A program made the position numbers and the translations under genes. From Myxococcota bacterium (GTDB taxonomy: Bacteria; Myxococcota_A; Polyangia; Polyangiales; Sandaracinaceae), in NCBI GenBank assembly GCA_036149055.1, contig JAYZQJ010000210.1:1-16602 (forward strand): DNA of 16,602 nucleotides, given 5' to 3'. The notes under the pieces are model-generated. The model made no database searches. It was not told the DNA's origin and worked only from the letters and a program-made list of their open reading frames with translations. Position 1 is the first letter of the stretch; the number at the start of each line of letters is the position of its first letter. This document shows, piece after piece, positions 1 through 7,078 of the stretch.

Positions 1-134
1 CCCCCCCCCCCGGAGTGGGTAGGGGGGGCCCCGCGGAGCCGGTGCAGCGGCGCGTGCGTAGGGCGCGGATGCGCCCGGAGCGCGCGCCGTTGTGCCGGCG
101 CAGCGGGGGGGCGGGGGCGGACCCGCCCCTGCCC
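1..134. repeat. GC-rich palindromic (REP-like) intergenic segment; the last hairpin may terminate the upstream kinase gene
   Basis: C-run/G-run pair at 1-28, GGGCGC-GGAT-GCGCCC at 61-76, and GGGCGGGGGCGG-AC-CCGCCCCTGCCC at 109-134, ending 7 bp past the kinase stop at 142 on the minus strand. No U-tract. Confidence 0.4.
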
Positions 135-141
135 AGCAAGG

Positions 142-1647
142 TCAGTAGTCGAGATCGCGGAGGAATCCGCGACCTCGACCCTGGCCCTGGCGGGCGGGAC
201 GCGCGGGCCGCTCCTCGGCGGGCGCGGGCGCCGTGGCCTCTCGGGGGGACGGGCTCGCGCGGCCTCGGCGCGGGCGACGGGGGCGGCGGGGCGTCTCGGC
301 CGCCGCTTCGGTCTCCGCCGGCTCCGCGACGTCGGTGTCGACCGGCTCGGGCTCCTCCGGCTCGGCGACGGTCTCCTCGACCGGCTCTTCGGCCGGCTCG
401 TCCACCGCCGCTTCGACCGGCTCGTCCGGCGGCGCGACCTCGACCGGCGCCGCGGGCTCCGCCGCGGCGGGGGGCGCGGTCTCGGCGTCGGTGTCGGCGG
501 CGGCGGACTGGAAGCGGACCTCGAGCCCCAGCGCGTAGAAGGCGCCGACGGCGATCGCGATCAGGCCGACGAGGCCGCCGGCGAGCGCGAGCGGCCACCG
601 GCGCGGCGCGCCCTTCGAAGGCGCGGCGGGGGGCGCGTCGAGATCCACCGAGGGCGCCTGCACGGTCGCGCCGATCGCGTGCGGATCGATCTCGGTCTCG
701 CCCTCCTCCCAGGCGGAGGCGGTCGAGAAGCGCTGCGAGGGGAAGCGTCGGCTCGGGCGCGAGCGGCTCGGGGAGCGCATGGCGCGGGCCACCTCGTCGG
801 CGCCCTCGAGCAGCACGTCTCGCATCTCGCGCGCGGTCTCGAAGCGCGCGTCTCGATCCTTCTCGAGCGAGCGCATCACCGCGTCGACCACGATCGGCGG
901 GAGATCCGGCCGGGCCACCCCGAGCGGGGGCACGTCCTCGGTCGCCACCTTGATCAGCACGTCCCCCATGTGCGGCGACTCGAAGGGCAGCTCGCCGGTG
1001 AACGCCTCGTAGAGGATCATGCCGACGCTCCACATGTCGGTGCGTCGGTCGAGGTCGGTCATGCCCCGCGCCTGCTCGGGCGACATGTAGAGCGGGGTGC
1101 CGACCACCGCGCCGGTGTTCGTCATGCGCGTGTCGCCGCTCTGACCGTCGGTGTCCCGGCTGATGCCGAAGTCGAGGAGCTTCGGGTAGGTCCCGTCGGC
1201 GTCCTTGACCATGAAGATGTTGTCGGGCTTCACGTCGCGGTGGACGATGCCCTCGTCGTGCACCGCGGCGAGCCCCCCGAGCACCTGGGCCATGATCTCG
1301 AGGATCTCGAGATCGGTCGGCGGCGTCTCGCCCTCGATCAGATCGCCCAGCGACGTGCCCCGGAGCAGCTCCATGATCATGAAGGGCTGGCCGTCCTCCA
1401 TCATCCCGTAGTCCAGGATGTGCACGACGTTCCGGTGCTTCAGGTGGGCGGCGAGCTTGGCCTCCCGCAGGAAGCGCTTGGCCATCTTCTCCCGCGCGGT
1501 GCCGTAGGTCTCGAGGAACTTCACCGCGACCGGGCTCTCGAGGGTCGTGTGCTTGGCGCGCCAGACGCTCGCCATGCCGCCTTGCCCGATGGGCTCGACG
1601 AGCTCGTACTTCCCGCCGACGACGGTTCCCGGTCCCACGGAGGCCAT
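142..1647 (-). CDS. Membrane-anchored Hanks-type Ser/Thr protein kinase (501 aa)
   Basis: Motifs GQGGMASVW, VAVK, HRDVKPDN, DFG, GTPLYMSPEQ, DMWSVG. One TM helix (WPLALAGGLVGLIAIAVGAFYALGL), then an acidic Pro/Ala/Glu linker, an Arg-rich stretch and the terminus GFLRDLDY. Confidence 0.96.
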   Translation of the reverse strand: MASVGPGTVVGGKYELVEPIGQGGMASVWRAKHTTLESPVAVKFLETYGTAREKMAKRFLREAKLAAHLKHRNVVHILDYGMMEDGQPFMIMELLRGTSLGDLIEGETPPTDLEILEIMAQVLGGLAAVHDEGIVHRDVKPDNIFMVKDADGTYPKLLDFGISRDTDGQSGDTRMTNTGAVVGTPLYMSPEQARGMTDLDRRTDMWSVGMILYEAFTGELPFESPHMGDVLIKVATEDVPPLGVARPDLPPIVVDAVMRSLEKDRDARFETAREMRDVLLEGADEVARAMRSPSRSRPSRRFPSQRFSTASAWEEGETEIDPHAIGATVQAPSVDLDAPPAAPSKGAPRRWPLALAGGLVGLIAIAVGAFYALGLEVRFQSAAADTDAETAPPAAAEPAAPVEVAPPDEPVEAAVDEPAEEPVEETVAEPEEPEPVDTDVAEPAETEAAAETPRRPRRPRRGRASPSPREATAPAPAEERPARPARQGQGRGRGFLRDLDY

Positions 1648-1648
1648 G

Positions 1649-1664
1649 TATGCTGGGAAGCATA
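1649..1664. promoter_or_regulatory. Symmetric pair of -10-like hexamers (candidate bidirectional promoter)
   Basis: TATGCT (1649-1654, +), GGGA, AGCATA (1659-1664, = TATGCT on -), between divergent start codons at 1647 (-) and 1674/1683 (+). Confidence 0.5.
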
Positions 1665-1673
1665 GCGCCTGAG

Positions 1674-2492
1674 ATGGCTTGGATGCAGAAGCTGGGGGAA
1701 ATCGGCGCGCTCGCCGCGCTGCTGTGCCTGACGGCGTGGGTGAGCCCCGCGTGGGCGCAGGACGACGAGGCCACGACCGCGGCCGCCCGCGCCCTGTTCG
1801 AGCAGGGCATGGACGCGGTGGACGCGGGCGACTACGAGACGGCCGCCGATCGGCTCGACCGCTCGCTGGCGCTCCGCGACTCGATCGTCGTGCGGGTCAA
1901 CCTCGCCCTGGCGCTGGGCGAGCTGGGGCGGCTGGTCGAGGCGAGCGAGCACCTGCGCCGGGTCCAGCGCGAGGCCGAGGAGGGGTCGCCGCCCCACCGC
2001 GTGGCCGGCGAGCGGCTGGCGCTCATCACCCCGCGCGTCGGGCGGCTCCGCATCGACGTCGCGGGGGCGACCGCCGGGGTGACCGTCCGCCTCGACGGCA
2101 ACGACGTCCCCGAGGCGCTGCTCGGCGTCCCGCAGCCTGCCGATCCCGGCGCGCACGTGGTCTCGCTCCACCGGGGCGGCCAGGCGCTCGTCACCCGCGA
2201 GGTCGAGGTCGCCGCCGGAGGCCGCGCGTCGGTCTCGCTCGAGGCGCCGCCGCCCACCGCCGAGGAGGTCGCCGAGGCCCAGGCCCAGGACTCGATCGCG
2301 GCCGACCCGATCCAGGGCGACGGGGGCGGCGTAGAGCAGGAGTGGTGGTTCTGGACCCTGATCGGCCTCGTCGCGGTGGGCGCCGGCGTGGGCATCGGCG
2401 TCGGGGTCTGGGCCGCGACCGAGGGCCCGCCGCAGCCGGACCTCGTCGGCACCGACGGCCGCTTTCATCTCACGCTGCTCGAGGCCCCATGA
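1674..2492 (+). CDS. Signal-peptide TPR + PEGA-like protein with C-terminal TM helix
   Basis: Signal peptide ending AWA|QDD; TPR-like helices (ARALFEQGMDAVDAGDYETAADRLDRSLAL, VNLALALGELGRLVEA); PEGA-like beta domain (GRLRIDV..GVTVRLDG..DPGAHVVSL); WWFWT followed by a Gly-rich hydrophobic helix. Start is uncertain (ATG at 1650, 1674 or 1683). Confidence 0.85.
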   Translation: MAWMQKLGEIGALAALLCLTAWVSPAWAQDDEATTAAARALFEQGMDAVDAGDYETAADRLDRSLALRDSIVVRVNLALALGELGRLVEASEHLRRVQREAEEGSPPHRVAGERLALITPRVGRLRIDVAGATAGVTVRLDGNDVPEALLGVPQPADPGAHVVSLHRGGQALVTREVEVAAGGRASVSLEAPPPTAEEVAEAQAQDSIAADPIQGDGGGVEQEWWFWTLIGLVAVGAGVGIGVGVWAATEGPPQPDLVGTDGRFHLTLLEAP

Positions 2493-4114
2493 GGCGGCTC
2501 GCCGTCCTGCTGACCCTGCTCTCCTTCGGCTGTCGCGGCGAGCCCACCCAGGTGGTCGTCATCGTCGACGCCCAGCACGGCGTGCGCGAGCAGTCGGGGA
2601 GCGTCTCGGTGGAGATCCGGGGCGGGGACCGCGGCACGATGGTGCCGGAGACGGTCGTGCACAGCGTCACCGAGACGATGGAGTACGACGACTGGCCGAT
2701 CCGCTTCGTGCTCGGCCCGGAGAACGGCGACGCGACCCGCGTCTACCAGGTCGAGGCGGTGGCCCGTCGGGGCGCCGGCATGTCGAGCCCCGCGCTGGTC
2801 ACCGGCCGGGTGATCAGCAACTACAACGACGGCCGCACGCTGCAGGTCTACTTGCTCCTCGAGGATCTCTGCATCGGCGTGCGCTGCGACGACCCCGGTC
2901 AGACCTGTCGAGGCGGGGCCTGCGCGGGCGCCTTCCGCGAGCCGGACGAGTACACCGACGGCGCGGTCCCGGACGCCGGCGCGACGCCGACCTGCGCGAG
3001 CGACGCGGACTGCGACGACGGCGTGGCCTGCACGACCGACCGCTGCACCCGGGGCTTCTGCCTGCACACCGGCGACGACGCGCAGTGCATGGACGCCATC
3101 GCCTGCACGCGCGGGGTCTGCACGCCGGCGGGGTGCCAGCAGGAGCCGGTCGACGCGATGTGCAACGACGGGGTGCCCTGCACCGCGGATCGGTGCGACG
3201 TCACGACCGGCTGCGTCGCCACCCCCGACGACGAGCGCTGCACCGCGGCCGCGGACGGGACCTGCGACGCGACCAACGGCTGCCAGTACCCGGTCTGCAA
3301 CGCCGAGACCTGTGTGGTCGAGAACGACTGCCAGTCCGGCGCGAGCTGTGACGGCGACGTGTGCGTCCGACCGCCGCTCTGCGCCGGCGGAGGGTGCTGC
3401 GAAGGGGTGTGCACCGACTGCAACGACAACGACCCGTGTACGGCCGATGTGTGCACGGAGGGGGTGGGCTGCGAGAACCCGCCGCTGGACGGCGGGTCTT
3501 GCGACGACGGTCTGACCTGCACGACGGAGGGCTTCTGCGCCGGCGGCACCTGCATGCGCGGCTCTGACACCTGCGACGACGGGAACCCGTGCACCGCCGA
3601 CATGTGTGGGGCCGCGGGGTGCATGGCGCCGCCGGTGGCGGACGGCACCCCCTGCGACAACCGCGACGGCTGTCCTGGCGACACCTGTCGAGGGGGCAGC
3701 TGCCGCGCGGCGAGCTGTGGCGGCATGGACGCGGGCGTGGACTCCGGGATCGACTCGGGCGTGGACTCGGGCGTCGACTCGGGCACGGACGGCGGCCTCT
3801 GCGGGGGCGGCCAGACGTCGTGCACGGGCACCTCCGGGTTCACGTGCTGCGATCCCGGCGACGACTGCTGCGATGGCATCTGCTGCCCGAGCGGCACCTG
3901 CATCGGCGCGGGGGTCTGCGACACGCCTGGCCCCGACGGCGGCTCCTGCGGCTTCGGCGGCGAATTCTGTTCGGGCTCTGCGGACTGCTGCGACGGCATC
4001 TGCTGCAACGGCGTCTGCTGCGACTCCGGCGAGACCTGCCCCAGCGGCTTCACGTGCGAGATGCCCTTCGGCGACGGCGGCGGTCCGATGACCTTCGACG
4101 GCGGCGGCGTCTGA
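2489..4114 (+). CDS. Cys-rich lipoprotein with Dictyostelium-type (CDDGxxCTxDxC) repeats (541 aa)
   Basis: ATG at 2489 overlaps the upstream stop (ATGA). MRRLAVLLTLLSFG|C lipobox; about 110-aa Cys-free beta-rich N-domain; repeats CDDGVACTTDRC, CNDGVPCTADRC, CNDNDPCTADVC, CDDGNPCTADMC; DSG linker; CC-rich C-terminal modules. The track's extension to 1679 is a shadow frame. Confidence 0.9.
   Translation: MRRLAVLLTLLSFGCRGEPTQVVVIVDAQHGVREQSGSVSVEIRGGDRGTMVPETVVHSVTETMEYDDWPIRFVLGPENGDATRVYQVEAVARRGAGMSSPALVTGRVISNYNDGRTLQVYLLLEDLCIGVRCDDPGQTCRGGACAGAFREPDEYTDGAVPDAGATPTCASDADCDDGVACTTDRCTRGFCLHTGDDAQCMDAIACTRGVCTPAGCQQEPVDAMCNDGVPCTADRCDVTTGCVATPDDERCTAAADGTCDATNGCQYPVCNAETCVVENDCQSGASCDGDVCVRPPLCAGGGCCEGVCTDCNDNDPCTADVCTEGVGCENPPLDGGSCDDGLTCTTEGFCAGGTCMRGSDTCDDGNPCTADMCGAAGCMAPPVADGTPCDNRDGCPGDTCRGGSCRAASCGGMDAGVDSGIDSGVDSGVDSGTDGGLCGGGQTSCTGTSGFTCCDPGDDCCDGICCPSGTCIGAGVCDTPGPDGGSCGFGGEFCSGSADCCDGICCNGVCCDSGETCPSGFTCEMPFGDGGGPMTFDGGGV
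3728..3796 (+). repeat. Imperfect 12-bp tandem repeat encoding DAGV-DSGI-DSGV-DSGV-DSGT-DGG
   Basis: Units resembling gactcgggcgtg are visible directly in the sequence. Confidence 0.8.
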
Positions 4115-4115
4115 C

Positions 4116-4985
4116 TCACCCGGGCAGGCGGCCCTTCGCCTCCCCGTAGCCCTCCCAGGGATCGGCGCGCAGCGCCGCGAGGCGCCGGCCGATCGCGGTC
4201 ACGTCGTAGGCGTCGCCGCCGTCGACGCGCGCGAGCTCGTCCCAGCGGACGGGGGTCGCGACCGGGGCGCCCTCGCGGGCGCGCGGGGAGTAGGGCGCGA
4301 TGGCGGTCGCGCCGAGCCCGTTGCGCAGGTAGTCGACGAAGATCTTGCCGGCCCGGGCGTCCTTGCTCGCCTTCGCGACGAAGCGGTCGGGCGCGTCGGC
4401 GACCATCGCCTCGGCCACCGCGCGCGCGTAGCCCTTCATCGCGTCGAAGCCGTGCCGGCGCTCGAGCGGCGCCACCACGTGCAGGCCCTTGCCGCCGGTG
4501 GTCATCACGAACGCGCGCAGCCCGTCCGCCTCGAGGCGCGCCTTCACCTCGCGCGCGGCCTCCTTCACCGCCTCGAAGCCGAGCCCCTCGTCCGGGTCGA
4601 GGTCGAACACCATGCGATCCGGGCGCTCCACCCGATCGCGGCGGCTGCCCCACACGTGCACCTCGAGCACCCCGAGCTGCGCGAGCGCGACCAGCCCGCG
4701 CGCGCCCTCGACGGCCAGGTGCGCGGCGGTCCCGTCGCCCTCGGGCACCAGGACCCCCACCACGCCCTCCGGTTCGGAGCCTTGCGGGTGCTTCTGGAAG
4801 AAGCACTTCGCCTCCCGCCCGCGCGGGCAGCGCACCAGCGCGAGCGGCCGCCCCTCGACGTGCGGCAACATGCGCGGCGCGACCCGCTCGAAGAACGCCG
4901 CGAGGTCCCGCTTGGTCAGCCCCTGCTCGCTCCAGAGCACCTTGTCGGGGCTCGAGAGCGTCACGCCCGCCACGCTGATCGTCAT
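4116..4985 (-). CDS. ligD: Stand-alone LigD polymerase (primase-polymerase, AEP family) domain protein, NHEJ-associated (289 aa)
   Basis: MTISVAGVTLSSPDKVLW, TKRDLAAFF, RPLALVRCPRG, FFQKH, RPDRMVFDLDP, TTGGKGLHV, KIFVDYLRNG.GATAIAPYSPRAR.GAPVATPVRWDEL are typical LigD-Pol motifs. ATG at 4985; no ligase or phosphoesterase domain. Confidence 0.92.
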   Translation of the reverse strand: MTISVAGVTLSSPDKVLWSEQGLTKRDLAAFFERVAPRMLPHVEGRPLALVRCPRGREAKCFFQKHPQGSEPEGVVGVLVPEGDGTAAHLAVEGARGLVALAQLGVLEVHVWGSRRDRVERPDRMVFDLDPDEGLGFEAVKEAAREVKARLEADGLRAFVMTTGGKGLHVVAPLERRHGFDAMKGYARAVAEAMVADAPDRFVAKASKDARAGKIFVDYLRNGLGATAIAPYSPRAREGAPVATPVRWDELARVDGGDAYDVTAIGRRLAALRADPWEGYGEAKGRLPG

Positions 4986-5181
4986 GCCACGAATGGAGAC
5001 CCGCAAGCTCCGTGCGCAAGGTGATGAGGGTCTCCGTTGACATGACTCCGGACGGGGACAGTCGGACGAAAGAAGACGAGGTATTACGTTTCGTTGACAT
5101 TTCGCGTGGCAGGCTTCGGGTGCGTCGGGGGGCGCGCTCGCAGCACCCTCCGTCCCGCCGGCGCGGAAGGGAAATCGAGAC

Positions 5182-5613
5182 ATGAAGCTCACGCACTGGA
5201 CCACCCTGTTCGCCATCATCGCCATGCTCGGGTTCGTCACCGCCTGTGAAGAAGAGGCGGAGAGCACCGAGACGCCCGCCACGGAGGCTCCGCCCGAGGA
5301 GGCGGCCGAGGAGGCCGAGGAGGCCGCCGAGGAGATGGCCGAAGAGGCCGAGGAGGCGGCCGACGAGATGGCCGAAGGCGCCGAGGGCGGCGACGACGCG
5401 TGCTCCCGCGCCCGCGCCTGCTGCACCGCCTTCGTCGAGGCGTCCAACTCCGCCACTCCGGGCGCCGTCTCGGCCGAGACCGCCTGCGCCGGCGTGCAGA
5501 ACCTCCAGGGCGCCGCCGCCGAGGCCGCCTGCAACGCGGCCATCGACGGCTGGCGTCAGTCCCTCACCGCGATGAACGCGGAGGTCCCGGACAGCTGCGC
5601 CGCCGGCGAGTGA
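5182..5613 (+). CDS. Lipoprotein with acidic Glu/Ala stalk and a 6-Cys helical C-terminal domain (143 aa)
   Basis: AAGGGA upstream of the ATG; MKLTHWTTLFAIIAMLGFVTA|C lipobox; EEAAEE repeats; ACSRARACC...AC...AC...VPDSC. Confidence 0.88.
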   Translation: MKLTHWTTLFAIIAMLGFVTACEEEAESTETPATEAPPEEAAEEAEEAAEEMAEEAEEAADEMAEGAEGGDDACSRARACCTAFVEASNSATPGAVSAETACAGVQNLQGAAAEAACNAAIDGWRQSLTAMNAEVPDSCAAGE

Positions 5614-5636
5614 TCGCCCCCGGGTGAGAGACCCAC

Positions 5637-5672
5637 GAACGAGGGAGGCTCTCGGGCCTCCCTCGTTCATTT
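5637..5672. terminator. Intrinsic terminator hairpin between convergent genes (possibly bidirectional)
   Basis: Perfect 13-bp stem GAACGAGGGAGGC (5637-5649) / GCCTCCCTCGTTC (5656-5668), followed by ATTT on +, between the lipoprotein stop (5613) and the der stop (5686). Confidence 0.8.
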
Positions 5673-5685
5673 CAATTGGCGGGGA

Positions 5686-7077
5686 TCACTCCCGGCGCTT
5701 GCGGCGACGGTAGAAGACCCGGACCGGCGTACCCTCGAAGCCGAAGCGCTTGCGGATCGCGTTGACCACGTAGCGCTGGTAGCTGAAGTGCACCGCCTGC
5801 GGCTCGTTGGTCACCGCGATGAAGGTCGGCGGCTGGGCGGAGGCCTGGGTCACGTAGAAGAGGCGGACCGCCTTGTTCTTGTGCACCGGTGGCGGGTGGT
5901 GCTCGAGCACCTCGTCGAAGAACCGGTTGAGCTCCGCCGTCCCGATCCGCTTCTGGTGCTCGACGAGCGCGTCGCGCACGGCGCCGATGAGCTTGCGCGT
6001 GCCCCGGCCGGTCTTGGCGCTGATCGGGACGATCGGCGCCCACGGCGCGAAGGAGAGGATCTCCCGGGTGCGCTGGATCGCCTTTTTCCGCTCGTCCGGC
6101 TTCATCAGGTCCATCTTGTTGAGCCCGATGACCAGCGCGCGGCCCCGCTCGATCGCGAGCCCGCAGAGGCGCGCGTCCTGCTCGGCGACCCCGTCGAAGG
6201 CGTCGATCATCAGGACGACCGCGTCGCTCCGCTCCATCGCGCGGATGGCCTTCATCACGCTCAGGCCCTCGACCCCGCGCTCCTTGCGCACCGCGCGCTT
6301 GCGGCGGATGCCGGCGGTGTCGATGAGCACGATCGGCTCACCCTCCACCTCGACCAGGGTGTCGATGGTGTCGATGGTGGTGCCCGGGCGGTCGTCGACG
6401 AGCTGACGGTCCTCGCCGAGCAGCCGGTTGGTGAGCGACGACTTGCCGGCGTTCGGGCGCCCCACGATCGCGAGGCGCGGCACCCCCTCGTGGGCGACCT
6501 CCTGCACCTCGGCGACCGGCGGCAGGGCCTGCACGATCGCCTCCTCGAGCTCGCCTAGGCCGAGGGCGTGCTGGGCGCTGATCGGGAGCAGGTGCTCCAT
6601 GCCCAGCTCGTAGAGCGCCATCGCCTCCTGCTCGCGCGACGGCGAGTCGGCCTTGTTGGCCACGTAGACGACCGGCTTGTCGGCCTCGCGCAGCAGCCGG
6701 ATGGCCTCGCGGTCGGCGGGCAGCGCGGCGGAGGTCGCGTCGAGCACGCAGACCACCACGTCGGCCTCGGCGAGCGCCATGCGCACGTGCCGGGCGATGC
6801 CCTCCTTCATCGGGTCGTCGCTCTCGGGGTCGAAGCCGCCGGTGTCGACGATCACGCAGTCCCGGCCGAGCAGGAACGCGTCGGCGTAGTGGCGGTCGCG
6901 GGTGACGCCGGGGACGTCCTCGACGATCGCGAGGCGCTGCCCGACCAGCCGGTTGAACAGCGTGCTCTTGCCGACGTTCGGCCGCCCGACGATCGCGACC
7001 ACCGGGAGCGTGCCGAGCGCGTTGCCCGGGAGCGGCTGCGGCTTCTTGTCGGAGCCTCCGCCCTTCTTCTTGCCCAT
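5686..7077 (-). CDS. der: Ribosome biogenesis GTPase Der (EngA)
   Basis: Two tandem G domains (GRPNVGKSTLFNRL..GVTRDR..DTGG..NKAD and GRPNAGKSSL..GTTIDTI..DTAGIRR..NKMD) plus the C-terminal KH-like domain (PPTFI..HFSYQRYVVNAIRKRFGFEGTPVR). Confidence 0.98.
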   Translation of the reverse strand: MGKKKGGGSDKKPQPLPGNALGTLPVVAIVGRPNVGKSTLFNRLVGQRLAIVEDVPGVTRDRHYADAFLLGRDCVIVDTGGFDPESDDPMKEGIARHVRMALAEADVVVCVLDATSAALPADREAIRLLREADKPVVYVANKADSPSREQEAMALYELGMEHLLPISAQHALGLGELEEAIVQALPPVAEVQEVAHEGVPRLAIVGRPNAGKSSLTNRLLGEDRQLVDDRPGTTIDTIDTLVEVEGEPIVLIDTAGIRRKRAVRKERGVEGLSVMKAIRAMERSDAVVLMIDAFDGVAEQDARLCGLAIERGRALVIGLNKMDLMKPDERKKAIQRTREILSFAPWAPIVPISAKTGRGTRKLIGAVRDALVEHQKRIGTAELNRFFDEVLEHHPPPVHKNKAVRLFYVTQASAQPPTFIAVTNEPQAVHFSYQRYVVNAIRKRFGFEGTPVRVFYRRRKRRE

Positions 7078-7078
7078 G

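Noticed and set aside
15..1665. Plus-strand ORFs 15-953, 233-538, 679-1665 and similar
   Set aside because: Antisense shadows of the kinase gene; Arg/Pro/Ser-rich with no motifs, as expected in high-GC DNA.
1679..2488. N-terminal 270 aa of the 811-aa track ORF
   Set aside because: Off-frame overlap of the TPR-PEGA gene; the real protein begins at ATG 2489 with a lipoprotein signal peptide.
5290..5385. gaggaggccgcc-type repeats as a separate DNA element
   Set aside because: They simply encode the EEAAEE stalk of the lipoprotein.
2899..5670. 923-aa minus-strand ORF and the extension of the ligD ORF to 5543
   Set aside because: Built from antisense of two lipoprotein genes and an off-frame reading of ligD; LigD-Pol similarity starts at ATG 4985.
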